From: a virus | Lineage: Duplodnaviria; Caudoviricetes | Virus record (IMG/VR): IMGVR_UViG_3300048592_000447 | Span: 1-27,301 of that record | DNA length: 27,301 bases | Strand: one strand, 5' to 3' | Part shown: piece by piece, positions 1 through 8,413 of the stretch | Position numbering within the stretch: the stretch's first letter is position 1 | Layout of the letters: every line of letters starts with the position of its first letter | Made by a program: the position numbers and the translations under genes | Notes under the pieces: model-generated | What the model saw: the letters and a program-made list of their open reading frames with translations, nothing else | The model's database searches: none | Told to the model about the DNA's origin: nothing

Positions 1-69
1 TAATTAATTACGCGCGTAATATGGCTTGAGTGAAGCGGTATTACGGCACTATTCGGGAGGATAGAATTT

Positions 70-345
70 ATGCCGAAACAAAATGAAGCCGATAGGCTCG
101 ACAAGACCGCTTTGAAAGTGGCGATAATGTATGCCAATGAAACACTAGATATAGAACTGCCTGACATCCCGGCGCTTAGCATTGACAAGGTTCGTGCCGC
201 ACTGTATTCGGCAGTTCTATTTAATCGCCTGGGTGCCACCGAAACAGCAGCTCTTAACGCTTCACTGCGTATGCTCGAAGCGGAACCCGGCTCGGTCGAC
301 ATGCTAACCACCTTAAAACTCTTACTCAATAAGGACGCTAAATAA
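70..345 (+). CDS. Hypothetical protein (91 aa)
   Basis: ATG preceded by GGGAGG; stop overlaps next start (TAATG). Confidence 0.75.
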   Translation: MPKQNEADRLDKTALKVAIMYANETLDIELPDIPALSIDKVRAALYSAVLFNRLGATETAALNASLRMLEAEPGSVDMLTTLKLLLNKDAK

Positions 346-728
346 TGCCTGAAAAACTATTCCCTACTATCGCCGATAGGTCGTTCAAATGTGGCGGTTG
401 CCCTAAAACCATCATGCCGGGCGACCCTATTATCTTCATGCTTCCCTCAAAGCGTAGATATTGCGAGCCATGCGGTAACCGCGTCTACTCCTCTCAGGTC
501 GGGGCACCTGAAGCTGGACCCGTCACTACCCGGTCTATCTGCCGGTGTGACGAGCTGGACGCACGCCTTGCCGCGCTCGAGTCTAAACCAGAATCACCAC
601 CCGCCGATGACGTCCGATATGTGGACTTCAAAACCTACGCCGATAAACAAACCTCTATATGGCGAGAGCTGGAAACCCTGAACCAGAAACTAACCCGGCT
701 TGAAACCCGCGTTGATTCCCTCGAATAA
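345..728 (+). CDS. Hypothetical protein with CxxC...CxxC zinc ribbon and C-terminal coiled coil
   Basis: CGGC and CEPC motifs; heptad-like C-terminus LETLNQKLTRLETRVDSLE; coupled to upstream ORF. Confidence 0.75.
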   Translation: MPEKLFPTIADRSFKCGGCPKTIMPGDPIIFMLPSKRRYCEPCGNRVYSSQVGAPEAGPVTTRSICRCDELDARLAALESKPESPPADDVRYVDFKTYADKQTSIWRELETLNQKLTRLETRVDSLE

Positions 729-755
729 TTTAACCTCTCATAGTACTGTAGTATG

Positions 756-780
756 CTATGCTATCTTTCAGGTAGCATAG
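756..780. promoter_or_regulatory. Palindromic operator-like site CTATGCTA-N9-TAGCATAG upstream of clamp gene
   Basis: Perfect 8-bp inverted repeat with 9-bp spacer in an intergenic gap; core 759-777 nearly matches the reverse complement of 16431-16449. Confidence 0.6.
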
Positions 781-807
781 TTTGCTTTTATACGGGAGAA
801 TTTGATA

Positions 808-1698
808 ATGACCACCACTACTAAGAATGACAACCGTGTTGCGCCGGGATTTGAAGCGGGCGCTGCCGATACATCATCACTGTTCTTTGAGCCAGTAGAA
901 ATCAAGAGCATTGTCAACAAGATAGCGATTTGCGCCAGTACCTCAAAATACGATTTAACGCCTGTTTTGAGCGCCATTAATTTTGACGTTCGTGATGGGC
1001 AGTTGCATGTGTGCGCAACCGACAGCAGCCGCTTGGCACATGGTGAGTTTCGCGCATCAGGGATTTATTCGTCTTTCAACAAAAATGTCCCCGCCAAAGA
1101 ATTCATCACTGCTAGTCGCGCGGCGTCCGCCAAGAAGATGGGTTTTTATCTTGTTGTTCGTGGTTCTGCTTTTGTTATCCACGACCACGACTACAATCAA
1201 CTGGTGTCAGGAAATCTTATCGAAGGTCAATATCCGCGCTACATGGAGTTGTTCCCTGACGAAAGCAAGCTGCAAAGTATCAATCTTTTGAACATCAAAT
1301 CTGCTATGCGCTTTGGCTCTCACTCGCCTGTTGAATCATTGATAGAAGCTGCCAAGCAAATCGAGCAAGCTTGCTACATTGCCGAAACAAAGAAAGATTC
1401 CGCAAAGCACGGCATCATCACTCTAAATTTTTCCCAGAACGAAAAACGCGCGCTTGAAGTCGATTGCAATATCACTGTGGTGCATGACTTCTTTGAATAC
1501 AAGCGCTCCATTCTCGTGAATGATAAGGATGGGCTCTTGGACCGTTTCAAGGTCACTTTTTGCGCCGAGTTCCTGGCGCAAGCACTGAACCATGACCGTG
1601 ATGTCACCATGCTTTACAGCACCCCGCTTAAGCCCGTTGTTTTTCGCTATGAGGCATCCAGTGTTCGCCACCTTTTGATGCCCGTCCAAACAAAATAG
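808..1698 (+). CDS. dnaN: DNA polymerase III beta sliding clamp-like protein, N-terminally shortened
   Basis: Motifs PVLSAINF, VCATDSSRLA, LIEGQYPRYMELFP and terminal LLMPVQ typical of beta clamps; ATG 808 follows GGGAG (ORF track starts at TTG 802). Confidence 0.85.
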   Translation: MTTTTKNDNRVAPGFEAGAADTSSLFFEPVEIKSIVNKIAICASTSKYDLTPVLSAINFDVRDGQLHVCATDSSRLAHGEFRASGIYSSFNKNVPAKEFITASRAASAKKMGFYLVVRGSAFVIHDHDYNQLVSGNLIEGQYPRYMELFPDESKLQSINLLNIKSAMRFGSHSPVESLIEAAKQIEQACYIAETKKDSAKHGIITLNFSQNEKRALEVDCNITVVHDFFEYKRSILVNDKDGLLDRFKVTFCAEFLAQALNHDRDVTMLYSTPLKPVVFRYEASSVRHLLMPVQTK

Positions 1699-1710
1699 CT
1701 ACCTTTCTCA

Positions 1711-1730
1711 TGCCACTATCCGTAGTGGCA
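1711..1730. other. Intergenic hairpin TGCCACTA-TCCG-TAGTGGCA
   Basis: Perfect 8-bp stem, 4-nt loop just after the clamp stop; no U-tract, so function is uncertain. Confidence 0.4.
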
Positions 1731-1763
1731 CCATACAGGGTACTAATTTGGGAGAATTTGACA

Positions 1764-2207
1764 ATGTACACACCAAAACCACTTTACTTGCAAGAGCACG
1801 ACCCGGCTGATTGGTTCAAGCTTAAACCATGCGAGCTGCCCAAGCCGGGCGGTCCGCGTATGATTGCGCACACCTATCAAACCGTTGAGCACACATTCAG
1901 TAAGCGCACCGGGCGCACGACAGAGAAGCCCGCGCCTTGCTGGCTGTCATCCTTTGTCGGTGTTCGTGACCATCGCCCAGAACAAAATACTTACGGTCGT
2001 TATTTTGAGCTGCAACCATCAAAACAGCTTATCGACTGGATTGGGCAAAACAACCTCTTGCCTGACTATGACACTGTCAACCTTGAAATCATTATTCGTG
2101 ACGATGGCTCAATGCTTGTTACCGCAAACAACTCCAAAATACTTGCCAGCCGCTGGCTATGGCTTGTTGACGCATCCAAGCTTGACGAATTGGTGATTGC
2201 GTCATGA
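1764..2207 (+). CDS. Hypothetical protein (~147 aa)
   Basis: ATG 1764 follows GGGAGAATTTGACA, nearly the same leader as the clamp gene; ATGA overlap with next gene. Confidence 0.75.
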   Translation: MYTPKPLYLQEHDPADWFKLKPCELPKPGGPRMIAHTYQTVEHTFSKRTGRTTEKPAPCWLSSFVGVRDHRPEQNTYGRYFELQPSKQLIDWIGQNNLLPDYDTVNLEIIIRDDGSMLVTANNSKILASRWLWLVDASKLDELVIAS

Positions 2208-2338
2208 ACTGCCCCGATTGCGAATCCGACAAAACAGAATACAACCGCTACACGCAGGGTTATGAATGCCCTGTGTGCGGCTGGGAAGAGGTCGAAAGTG
2301 ATAATCCCTGCCTTACCGATTATGAGAGGAACCAATGA
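2204..2338 (+). CDS. Small zinc-ribbon protein (44 aa; not in ORF track)
   Basis: Hand translation MNCPDCESDKTEYNRYTQGYECPVCGWEEVESDNPCLTDYERNQ; two CPxC motifs; ATGA overlaps at both ends. Confidence 0.75.
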   Translation: MNCPDCESDKTEYNRYTQGYECPVCGWEEVESDNPCLTDYERNQ

Positions 2339-3099
2339 AAAGTAAAACTAGAATTGAGCGCGAACAAATCCTAGCTCTGACGCCATGCGGTCGTGCGGTG
2401 ACACAGTATGACGCACAAATCAGCCAAGGCTATAATTCCTGGATTGATTGCCTGAAAGACGAATCAATCGAGCCTCTTGACCGTATTTGGGTTGGTATTC
2501 GCGCGCTACCCGATGACCGGCAAAAACGCTTGTTCGCCTGTTGGTGCGCTGAGCAAGCGCTAAATCAGATTCACCCAAGCAAATGGGATGAACGCAGTTT
2601 AAATGCAATCAAGGTGGCTCGTGATTTCGCAAATGGCAAAGTAAATACATTGGAGCTGCAAACAGCTCGCCGTGCCGCTGCTGCTGCTGCTTATGCTGCT
2701 TATGCTGCTGCTGATGCTGCTGCTTATGCTGCTTATGCTGCTTATGCTGCTGCTTATGATGATGCTGCTGCTGCTGCTGCTTATGCTGCTGCTGCTTATG
2801 CTGATGCTGCTGCTTATGATGCTGCTGCTTATGCTGCTTATGATGCTGCTGATGCTGCTGCTGATGCTGCTGCTTATGCTTATGCTGATGCTGCTTATGA
2901 TGCTGCTTATGCTGCTGCTGATGCTGCTGCTTATGCTGCTGCTGATGCTGCTTATGATGCTGCTTATGATGCTGCTTATGCTGCTGCTGCTGCTGCTGCT
3001 TATGCTGCTTATGATGCTGCTGCCCGCCACAAAATGCACCGTCACACACTGAAGAAGCTAATCACCACCCACAAAAGGATTGCCAGAGATGAAAAATAA
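2335..3099 (+). CDS. Imm5-like helical domain protein with long Ala/Tyr/Asp tract (copy 1)
   Basis: GAGAGG RBS; RLFACWCAEQAL...DERSLNAIKVARDFANGK...EL..ARRAA pattern resembles Imm-5-like phage proteins (recalled, not searched). Confidence 0.8.
   Translation: MKSKTRIEREQILALTPCGRAVTQYDAQISQGYNSWIDCLKDESIEPLDRIWVGIRALPDDRQKRLFACWCAEQALNQIHPSKWDERSLNAIKVARDFANGKVNTLELQTARRAAAAAAYAAYAAADAAAYAAYAAYAAAYDDAAAAAAYAAAAYADAAAYDAAAYAAYDAADAAADAAAYAYADAAYDAAYAAADAAAYAAADAAYDAAYDAAYAAAAAAAYAAYDAAARHKMHRHTLKKLITTHKRIARDEK
2677..3021 (+). repeat. Aperiodic trinucleotide tract of only GCT/TAT/GAT (115 codons)
   Basis: Read directly from sequence. Confidence 0.95.
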
Positions 3100-3307
3100 A
3101 CGACAAATCAACGGGCGGCGCTTCGTTTTTGCGCTTGCCGCCGCCGAACTGGAATTAAGAAAACGAGAAGGATGGCAGCATCGCGCCACGAGCGGATGCT
3201 TAGAAAAGCTCGTAGATATTGGCTATGAATGCCCTGAATGTGGCTGGGTAGATGAATCATTCACCCCTGATAACCCCTGTCTATCTGATTCTGAGAGGAA
3301 CCAATGA
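3089..3307 (+). CDS. Chimeric small protein at the duplication junction (72 aa)
   Basis: N-terminus matches 3861-4508 product up to IGY; C-terminus GYECPECGW...DNPCLSDSERNQ matches the 2204-2338 product. Confidence 0.7.
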   Translation: MKNKRQINGRRFVFALAAAELELRKREGWQHRATSGCLEKLVDIGYECPECGWVDESFTPDNPCLSDSERNQ

Positions 3308-3864
3308 AAACAAAAATCAAAATAGACCGCGCGCAAATCCTGGCGTTAAACCCTTGTGACCGCGCGATTACACAATATGACGCGCAAATCACCCGCGGCT
3401 ATGATTCCTGGCGGGAAGTCTTAAAAGACGAATCAATCGAGCTGGTTGACCGCATTTGGGTCGGAATTCGCGCGCTACCGGATGACAAAACTAAGCGCCT
3501 ATTTGCCTGTTGGTGTGCCGAGCAAGCGCTAAATCAAATCCATCCAAGCAAGTGGGATGAGAGTAGCTTAAACGCAATCAAAGTGGCTCGCCGATTTGCG
3601 CTAGGTAAAGCCGATTCGTTGGAATTGCAACAAGCTCGCCGTGCTGCTTATGCTGCTGCTGCTGCTGCTGCTGCTGCTTATGCTGCTTATGCTGCTGCTG
3701 CTGCTGATGCTGCTGCTGATGCTGCTGCTGATGCTGCTGCTGATGCTGCTTATGCTGCTGATGCTGCTGTTTATGCTGCTGATGCTGCTGTTTATGCTCG
3801 GGAACGAATGCGCCGTCATGAATTGAAGCGATTAATCCGCCTGTATAGTGAGGTCAAACAATGA
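3304..3864 (+). CDS. Imm5-like helical domain protein with Ala/Tyr/Asp tract (copy 2)
   Basis: Clear paralog of 2335-3099 with the same GAGAGGAACCAATG leader. Confidence 0.8.
   Translation: MKTKIKIDRAQILALNPCDRAITQYDAQITRGYDSWREVLKDESIELVDRIWVGIRALPDDKTKRLFACWCAEQALNQIHPSKWDESSLNAIKVARRFALGKADSLELQQARRAAYAAAAAAAAAYAAYAAAAADAAADAAADAAADAAYAADAAVYAADAAVYARERMRRHELKRLIRLYSEVKQ
3643..3798 (+). repeat. Aperiodic GCT/TAT/GAT tract with two GTT (52 codons)
   Basis: Read directly from sequence. Confidence 0.95.
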
Positions 3865-4508
3865 AAAACAAACGACAAATCAACGGACGCCGCTTTGTGT
3901 TCGCGCTTGCTGCTGCCGAGCTGGAATTAAGAAAACAAGAGGGGTGGCAGCATTGCGCAACTGCTGGCTGTCTTGAAAAACTTGTGAATATTGGCTACGG
4001 ATTACAAGAAGAAAACACCCAGATGTGGCAGCATCGCAAAGTGGGCAATCTGACCCGCCGCTGGGAATCATTCAAGCTCGCCGAAGCATGGAACGTCGCG
4101 CAAGCAATCAAAACCTACGACCAAGCGTTAGACTGGGCAATGTGCTTTGTGATGCGCTATCCAGGGCAGTTAGAATTCGTGGCACAATCAGCTACCAATG
4201 ACAATCTAGGCTCAAAATTCCGCTTGGCTCAATACAGGGAAACCCAAGAGTACAAGCGCTGGAAACAAGAGCGGGAAGAGGACGCCGCAGATGATGGCTT
4301 TGACAAATGGCTTGCCGAACAGGAGTCCTGGAAACCATCGCCAGAGCAAGCCGCACGTAAAGAGTCCGCCGTCTTGGCTCAATTAGAGTTACAGAATTGC
4401 GCGGTTGAAAGCGCCGCAACACCGGACGAGGCTTTCAACCTTTTGGCGCGAATCTGCGCCGAGCAGGGTTACAAACCAGTCAGGGTGGAGGCGCAAGATG
4501 AGACTTAA
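3861..4508 (+). CDS. Hypothetical protein (215 aa)
   Basis: GAGG RBS, ATGA overlap, long ORF; N-terminus conserved with 3089-3307. Confidence 0.8.
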   Translation: MKNKRQINGRRFVFALAAAELELRKQEGWQHCATAGCLEKLVNIGYGLQEENTQMWQHRKVGNLTRRWESFKLAEAWNVAQAIKTYDQALDWAMCFVMRYPGQLEFVAQSATNDNLGSKFRLAQYRETQEYKRWKQEREEDAADDGFDKWLAEQESWKPSPEQAARKESAVLAQLELQNCAVESAATPDEAFNLLARICAEQGYKPVRVEAQDET

Positions 4509-4782
4509 ACTTGACATCTACCCTCAAGAGCAAATCCACAAACGGGTTGAGCAAATCACACCACGGGGCGGCTCGATGGCTTATACCGCTGAGTATGTGC
4601 TCAACGCAGCATTCAATCTGGCTGATGGCGTCGTGACCCTTGACGAGTTTTTGCACGCTGTCAGGATGGGACCGACTGAAAAACGAGCCCCAAAGACTCG
4701 CAAGCCGAAGCCGGTACGGGCGCCCCGCAAGCCGCGAGAGCCCGTAAAAGTGCCGGACCCTCAAAGTAACCCCTGGGACTAA
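4498..4782 (+). CDS. Hypothetical protein with basic Pro/Lys/Arg tail (~94 aa)
   Basis: ATG 4498 follows GGAGG; preferred over the ORF-track start at 4405. Confidence 0.7.
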   Translation: MRLKLDIYPQEQIHKRVEQITPRGGSMAYTAEYVLNAAFNLADGVVTLDEFLHAVRMGPTEKRAPKTRKPKPVRAPRKPREPVKVPDPQSNPWD

Positions 4783-4815
4783 CAAAACATTCAACAGAGA
4801 GGCTAGAAACGACCA

Positions 4816-5049
4816 ATGGCAAAAAATATTTTTCGGGAGATATTCAATCATCAAATCGAGTCAACAGAGAGCGCTGGACGGTTGACCTTGAAAGTGCTTG
4901 AAGACCGCAAACTGCTCATTATTGAGCAAAATGGCAAGTGTATATCAATAGACCGCTGGCAAGTTTTGGAGCTTGCGACCGAGTTGCTGAATATTCGCAA
5001 ATACCTCAAAACACACCGGGAGAAATCTAATGCTAAAGCAAGCCGTTAA
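4816..5049 (+). CDS. Hypothetical protein (77 aa)
   Basis: Fills gap in operon; GAGG upstream. Confidence 0.65.
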   Translation: MAKNIFREIFNHQIESTESAGRLTLKVLEDRKLLIIEQNGKCISIDRWQVLELATELLNIRKYLKTHREKSNAKASR

Positions 5050-7237
5050 CGCTTTACTGGGTGTTTGCGATGGCGCGCGCGCCCAGGATGGTTCCGGATT
5101 CAATCGCTTTGATGGCGGTTTTATCCGAAGCCTGCCGGAGAATTGGAGCCCTCGCCAAGAGATGGCTGTTTACAACCTGCTGCGCAAATACAAATCGCAG
5201 CTTTCAAGATTCGGGATTAACTATGACGCAATCGAAAAGCCTGTACTACCACCCGCACCGCCTCCAATCGACATGGACGCCATTCGAGCCAAACTCGCTA
5301 CAAGCCCGGTGGTTGCAAAACCAAACATTCAACCTGCCTCACCGCGTCAGATTTCAATTGAATCGGGAAATATTATTGTCGAATTTCCCTGGAATCAAAC
5401 AGACGTGGACCGAGTCAAGAAGCTCATTCCTGGCGCACGCTTTAAGGACGATAACGGTCGAAAGATGTGGCACGCGCCCCTTAATATCGGGACTGCCGAG
5501 GGAGCTGCTGAGTTATCTAAGGTCATCAATTTCGCACCCGGCGCTTACGAGCAAATCGCTGGAATTATTGCAAAAGCCCACGCTAACGCAACACTTTCAC
5601 GAGCTGAGGACGGCGTCCGGCTCGACTTTACCGGATTCGGCAAGGAGCCCAGACCATTCCAGCACGGCGGGGTTGATTACTGGCTCAAAAACGACCGGGT
5701 TCTGATTGCTGATGACATGGGGCTTGGAAAAACAATTCAAGCGCTGGGCGGTATCTTCCTTTTGGGAGCCAAGCGAGCCCTAATCAACTGCCCTGCTACC
5801 GTCAAGGTGAACTGGGGTAAAGAGGCTGCGGCTTGCCTGCCGGGTGCACAAAAGATGTTTTTCTCGCCTCGCAAAAACTCGTACGAGCATTACGACCAGC
5901 AAGGCAATCACGTCGCCACCGAATATCCATACGCCCATGCTCGTGTCATGTGCCCAATCACGCTAGTTCTTGTTTGCGATTCAAAAACGCCGGCGGATTT
6001 AGTGGCAAAGGCTAACATTCTGGTTGTGAATTACGACCTGAATTCTGCCGGGTGGGCTGATGACAAGAAGAAAAACGTAAATCTCACACCGCTCGCCGAG
6101 GCAGCATCCGAGGGTGTTGAGGTTTATGTGTGCGATGAGTCGCATTATCTCAAAAACGACAAAGCGCAAAGGACCAGGGCGTCATATCAAATCAGCCGCA
6201 ATGTGCCGCACCGCGCTTTGCTGACTGGAACCCCAATTCTTAATCGCCCCGTCGAACTGCCATCGCAATTGGAAATTCTGGACCGCTTAAGTGAATTCGG
6301 CGGCAAGTGGAAATTTTTGCAGCGCTATACAAATGCGCATCAGAAAAACGCGGGGCGCAAGATGGCTTGGGACTTCTCGGGTGCATCGAATCTCGAAGAG
6401 TTAAACGCAAAACTGCGCGCTACTTGCTACATCCGTCGAACAAAAGACCAGGTGTTGACCGAGCTGCCGCCAAAAACCTACGAAACCCTGTCGTTGGAAT
6501 TGGCAAATCGCGCCGAGTATACAAAAGCCGAAAAAGACCTCGTTAAGTACATCAGGGAGATTGCCTATCTCGCCGAGAAAACCAAATCAATTGATGTTGA
6601 TGAGGACGCCGGCACTCCGGAAGAAATTGAAGCACGCGCGCAATTGGCGGCAGAAATCGCCGCAGCAAAAGCCGCCCGGGCAAAGGTGCTAGTCGGTATC
6701 GGTGTTTTGCGCAAGCTCTGCGCGCAAGGCAAAATCAAAGAGGTCGTCTCATTCGTCAATGATTTTATGGAGGGCGACCAAAAGCTCGTAATCTTTGCGC
6801 ATCACATAGAAGTCCAACAAGAGCTGCTTGGCGCTTTGGCTCAATGGGGCGCTACAAGTGTGATGGGCTCGGACTCTGCCACGGTGCGCGCCGAGCATGT
6901 AGCGCGGTTTCAATCGGACCCCGGATGCCGCGTTATAGTATGCTCGCTTGAGGCAGCGGCTGAAGGTATCACCTTGACGGCGGCGTCGACAGTTTTGTTT
7001 GTAGAGCAACCTTGGACTCCTGGTAAAAAACAACAAGCCGAAGATAGATGCCACCGTATCGGACAGAATGACAATGTCACCGTATACGATACTATTGCGC
7101 CTATGTCTTTTGATGAGGACCTGGCAGCGCTACTGAGGGATAAAAGTCAAATCGTTTCAGCACTTGCTGATGGCAATCAGCAAGCAACAATCTCGCAGCT
7201 TCGGGAGATATTGAACCGGATTCAAGCAAGGCATTGA
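5030..7237 (+). CDS. SNF2-family (SMARCAL1/HARP-like) helicase/translocase
   Basis: IADDMGLGKT (motif I), DESH (II), LLTGTPILN (III), YIRRTK, AEGITLT, QAEDRCHRIGQ (VI); HARP-like segment FPWNQTDVDRVKKLIPGARF. Confidence 0.92.
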   Translation: MLKQAVNALLGVCDGARAQDGSGFNRFDGGFIRSLPENWSPRQEMAVYNLLRKYKSQLSRFGINYDAIEKPVLPPAPPPIDMDAIRAKLATSPVVAKPNIQPASPRQISIESGNIIVEFPWNQTDVDRVKKLIPGARFKDDNGRKMWHAPLNIGTAEGAAELSKVINFAPGAYEQIAGIIAKAHANATLSRAEDGVRLDFTGFGKEPRPFQHGGVDYWLKNDRVLIADDMGLGKTIQALGGIFLLGAKRALINCPATVKVNWGKEAAACLPGAQKMFFSPRKNSYEHYDQQGNHVATEYPYAHARVMCPITLVLVCDSKTPADLVAKANILVVNYDLNSAGWADDKKKNVNLTPLAEAASEGVEVYVCDESHYLKNDKAQRTRASYQISRNVPHRALLTGTPILNRPVELPSQLEILDRLSEFGGKWKFLQRYTNAHQKNAGRKMAWDFSGASNLEELNAKLRATCYIRRTKDQVLTELPPKTYETLSLELANRAEYTKAEKDLVKYIREIAYLAEKTKSIDVDEDAGTPEEIEARAQLAAEIAAAKAARAKVLVGIGVLRKLCAQGKIKEVVSFVNDFMEGDQKLVIFAHHIEVQQELLGALAQWGATSVMGSDSATVRAEHVARFQSDPGCRVIVCSLEAAAEGITLTAASTVLFVEQPWTPGKKQQAEDRCHRIGQNDNVTVYDTIAPMSFDEDLAALLRDKSQIVSALADGNQQATISQLREILNRIQARH

Positions 7238-7766
7238 TTTGCCATTCGGTTTTGTGCCAGCCGCGCGCAGTGCCGAGCATCGCAGTGAAGAAAGCGTGAC
7301 GCAATGAACTTGCTTCGCGCTCTTTTCTTGTCTGCCTTCGCTTCTTGAATATCTGCTTTGACTCCGGCAAAACAATTTCCATCGCCGTGAGCATCACCTG
7401 CAATTGAAAGTCTGTGCCCGGCTTGCGCCACCATCTGCCGGTCTCGTCCTTTTCATAGCAATCAATAAACATTGCTATCCAGTCTATAACTAACGCAAGT
7501 AGTATTTGACCGCGCCTGTATTTTTGCTCTTGGACTGCATCGCCCTTGCTTGGCTGTTTTAGTGCGCGCTTGAGTTTTTGCTTTTGCTCCCTGGCGAGTA
7601 CTCGGGCTTTCTTTTCTGCCTCCATCCACGCGATAGGCGAGCGCTGCCTTGCGACCGCGCGCTCGATTCTGGTTTTTTGGCGAATGCGCTCACATGCCGG
7701 GCAATTGCCCATCGGCATCCGGAGGTTGCCGCACTTCTTGCAAATAGGGTTTTTGGGTGGTGGCAT
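7101..7766 (-). CDS. Hypothetical basic protein with N-terminal CxxC...CxxC
   Basis: CKKC/CPAC motifs; last gene of the - arm; overlaps the SNF2 3' end by 137 nt. Confidence 0.6.
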   Translation of the reverse strand: MPPPKNPICKKCGNLRMPMGNCPACERIRQKTRIERAVARQRSPIAWMEAEKKARVLAREQKQKLKRALKQPSKGDAVQEQKYRRGQILLALVIDWIAMFIDCYEKDETGRWWRKPGTDFQLQVMLTAMEIVLPESKQIFKKRRQTRKEREASSLRHAFFTAMLGTARGWHKTEWQINALLESGSISPEAARLLLADCHQQVLKRFDFYPSVALPGPHQKT

Positions 7767-7802
7767 TACGAGTGTCTGCTAATCAGTGTTATGTTTCATT
7801 GG

Positions 7803-8108
7803 TTACCAGCCATCGTCCAACATTTTCATGTCCTCTTCGGTGTGAGGATAGTCAGGAGACTGACAGCAATTGATTTTGAATAACGCTGATGGCGTTTCAC
7901 CACAGTTGTTGCAAACGGGTTCCGGCATGTCGTCTGAAGTGTGATTCTTTTCAAGCTTCTCGCCAAAACTTAAGTCGCCGTCGCTCAACGCTCTGTCAAA
8001 ATTCTCCAATGCTGCAACCGTACTTTCATCCTCCCAGATATGTTCGGTCTCATAGGTGTGCCTGACTTTGAATTTGAATTTCTTTCTGATTGTAACTTTC
8101 TCGCTCAC
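7803..8108 (-). CDS. Hypothetical protein (101 aa, Cys-containing C-terminus)
   Basis: GTG start in repeated junction GGAGGGCGCAATCGTGA. Confidence 0.75.
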   Translation of the reverse strand: MSEKVTIRKKFKFKVRHTYETEHIWEDESTVAALENFDRALSDGDLSFGEKLEKNHTSDDMPEPVCNNCGETPSALFKINCCQSPDYPHTEEDMKMLDDGW

Positions 8109-8413
8109 GATTGCGCCCTCCGTCGTTCTGCCTTGTCCTGTCTCATCATGTCCAACGCAACATCAGCATTGAAAAGAAATTCTTGCTCTGCTGTGATGGT
8201 CTCCTTCTTGTCAGACGTTTTGACGAAATGGATTGTGATACCGTCAGTATCGATGCTGATACCGTCAGTATCGATGCTGATACCGTCTGAGTGCGCAGAT
8301 ACATCCAGATTCCAGCCAGCATCTCCCAGCACGCACGCATAGGTGCAAATCTTTTGCACGGTGACTTTGCCTTCAAATCGCTTTTCAAACGTGTTTCGGA
8401 AACGAACATTCAC
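8105..8413 (-). CDS. Hypothetical protein (102 aa) with internal DGISIDT duplication
   Basis: Starts and ends in junction repeats; ends RAQS. Confidence 0.75.
   Translation of the reverse strand: MNVRFRNTFEKRFEGKVTVQKICTYACVLGDAGWNLDVSAHSDGISIDTDGISIDTDGITIHFVKTSDKKETITAEQEFLFNADVALDMMRQDKAERRRAQS
8236..8287. repeat. 21-bp tandem repeat, about 2.5 copies (tgataccgtcagtatcgatgc)
   Basis: Exact in-frame duplication seen in sequence. Confidence 0.9.

Larger units (their letters stand above)
2258..3998 (+). repeat. Diverged tandem duplication (unit 1 ~2258-3220, unit 2 ~3221-3998)
   Basis: Each unit holds a zinc-ribbon 3' end, an Ala-repeat gene and the 5' part of the MKNKRQINGRRF gene; boundaries at Gly-Tyr codons (ggttat 2258, ggctat 3221, ggctac 3993). 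Confidence 0.85.

Noticed and set aside
7-20. Perfect 14-bp palindrome ATTACGCGCGTAAT
   Set aside because: Single copy at the window edge; no context to assign a function.
2599-3826. Poly-Ser/Ile, poly-Gln/His/Lys and poly-Leu/Met ORFs over the repeat tracts
   Set aside because: Automatic shadows of a GCT/TAT/GAT tract; only the Ala frame is continuous with a conserved, RBS-bearing domain.
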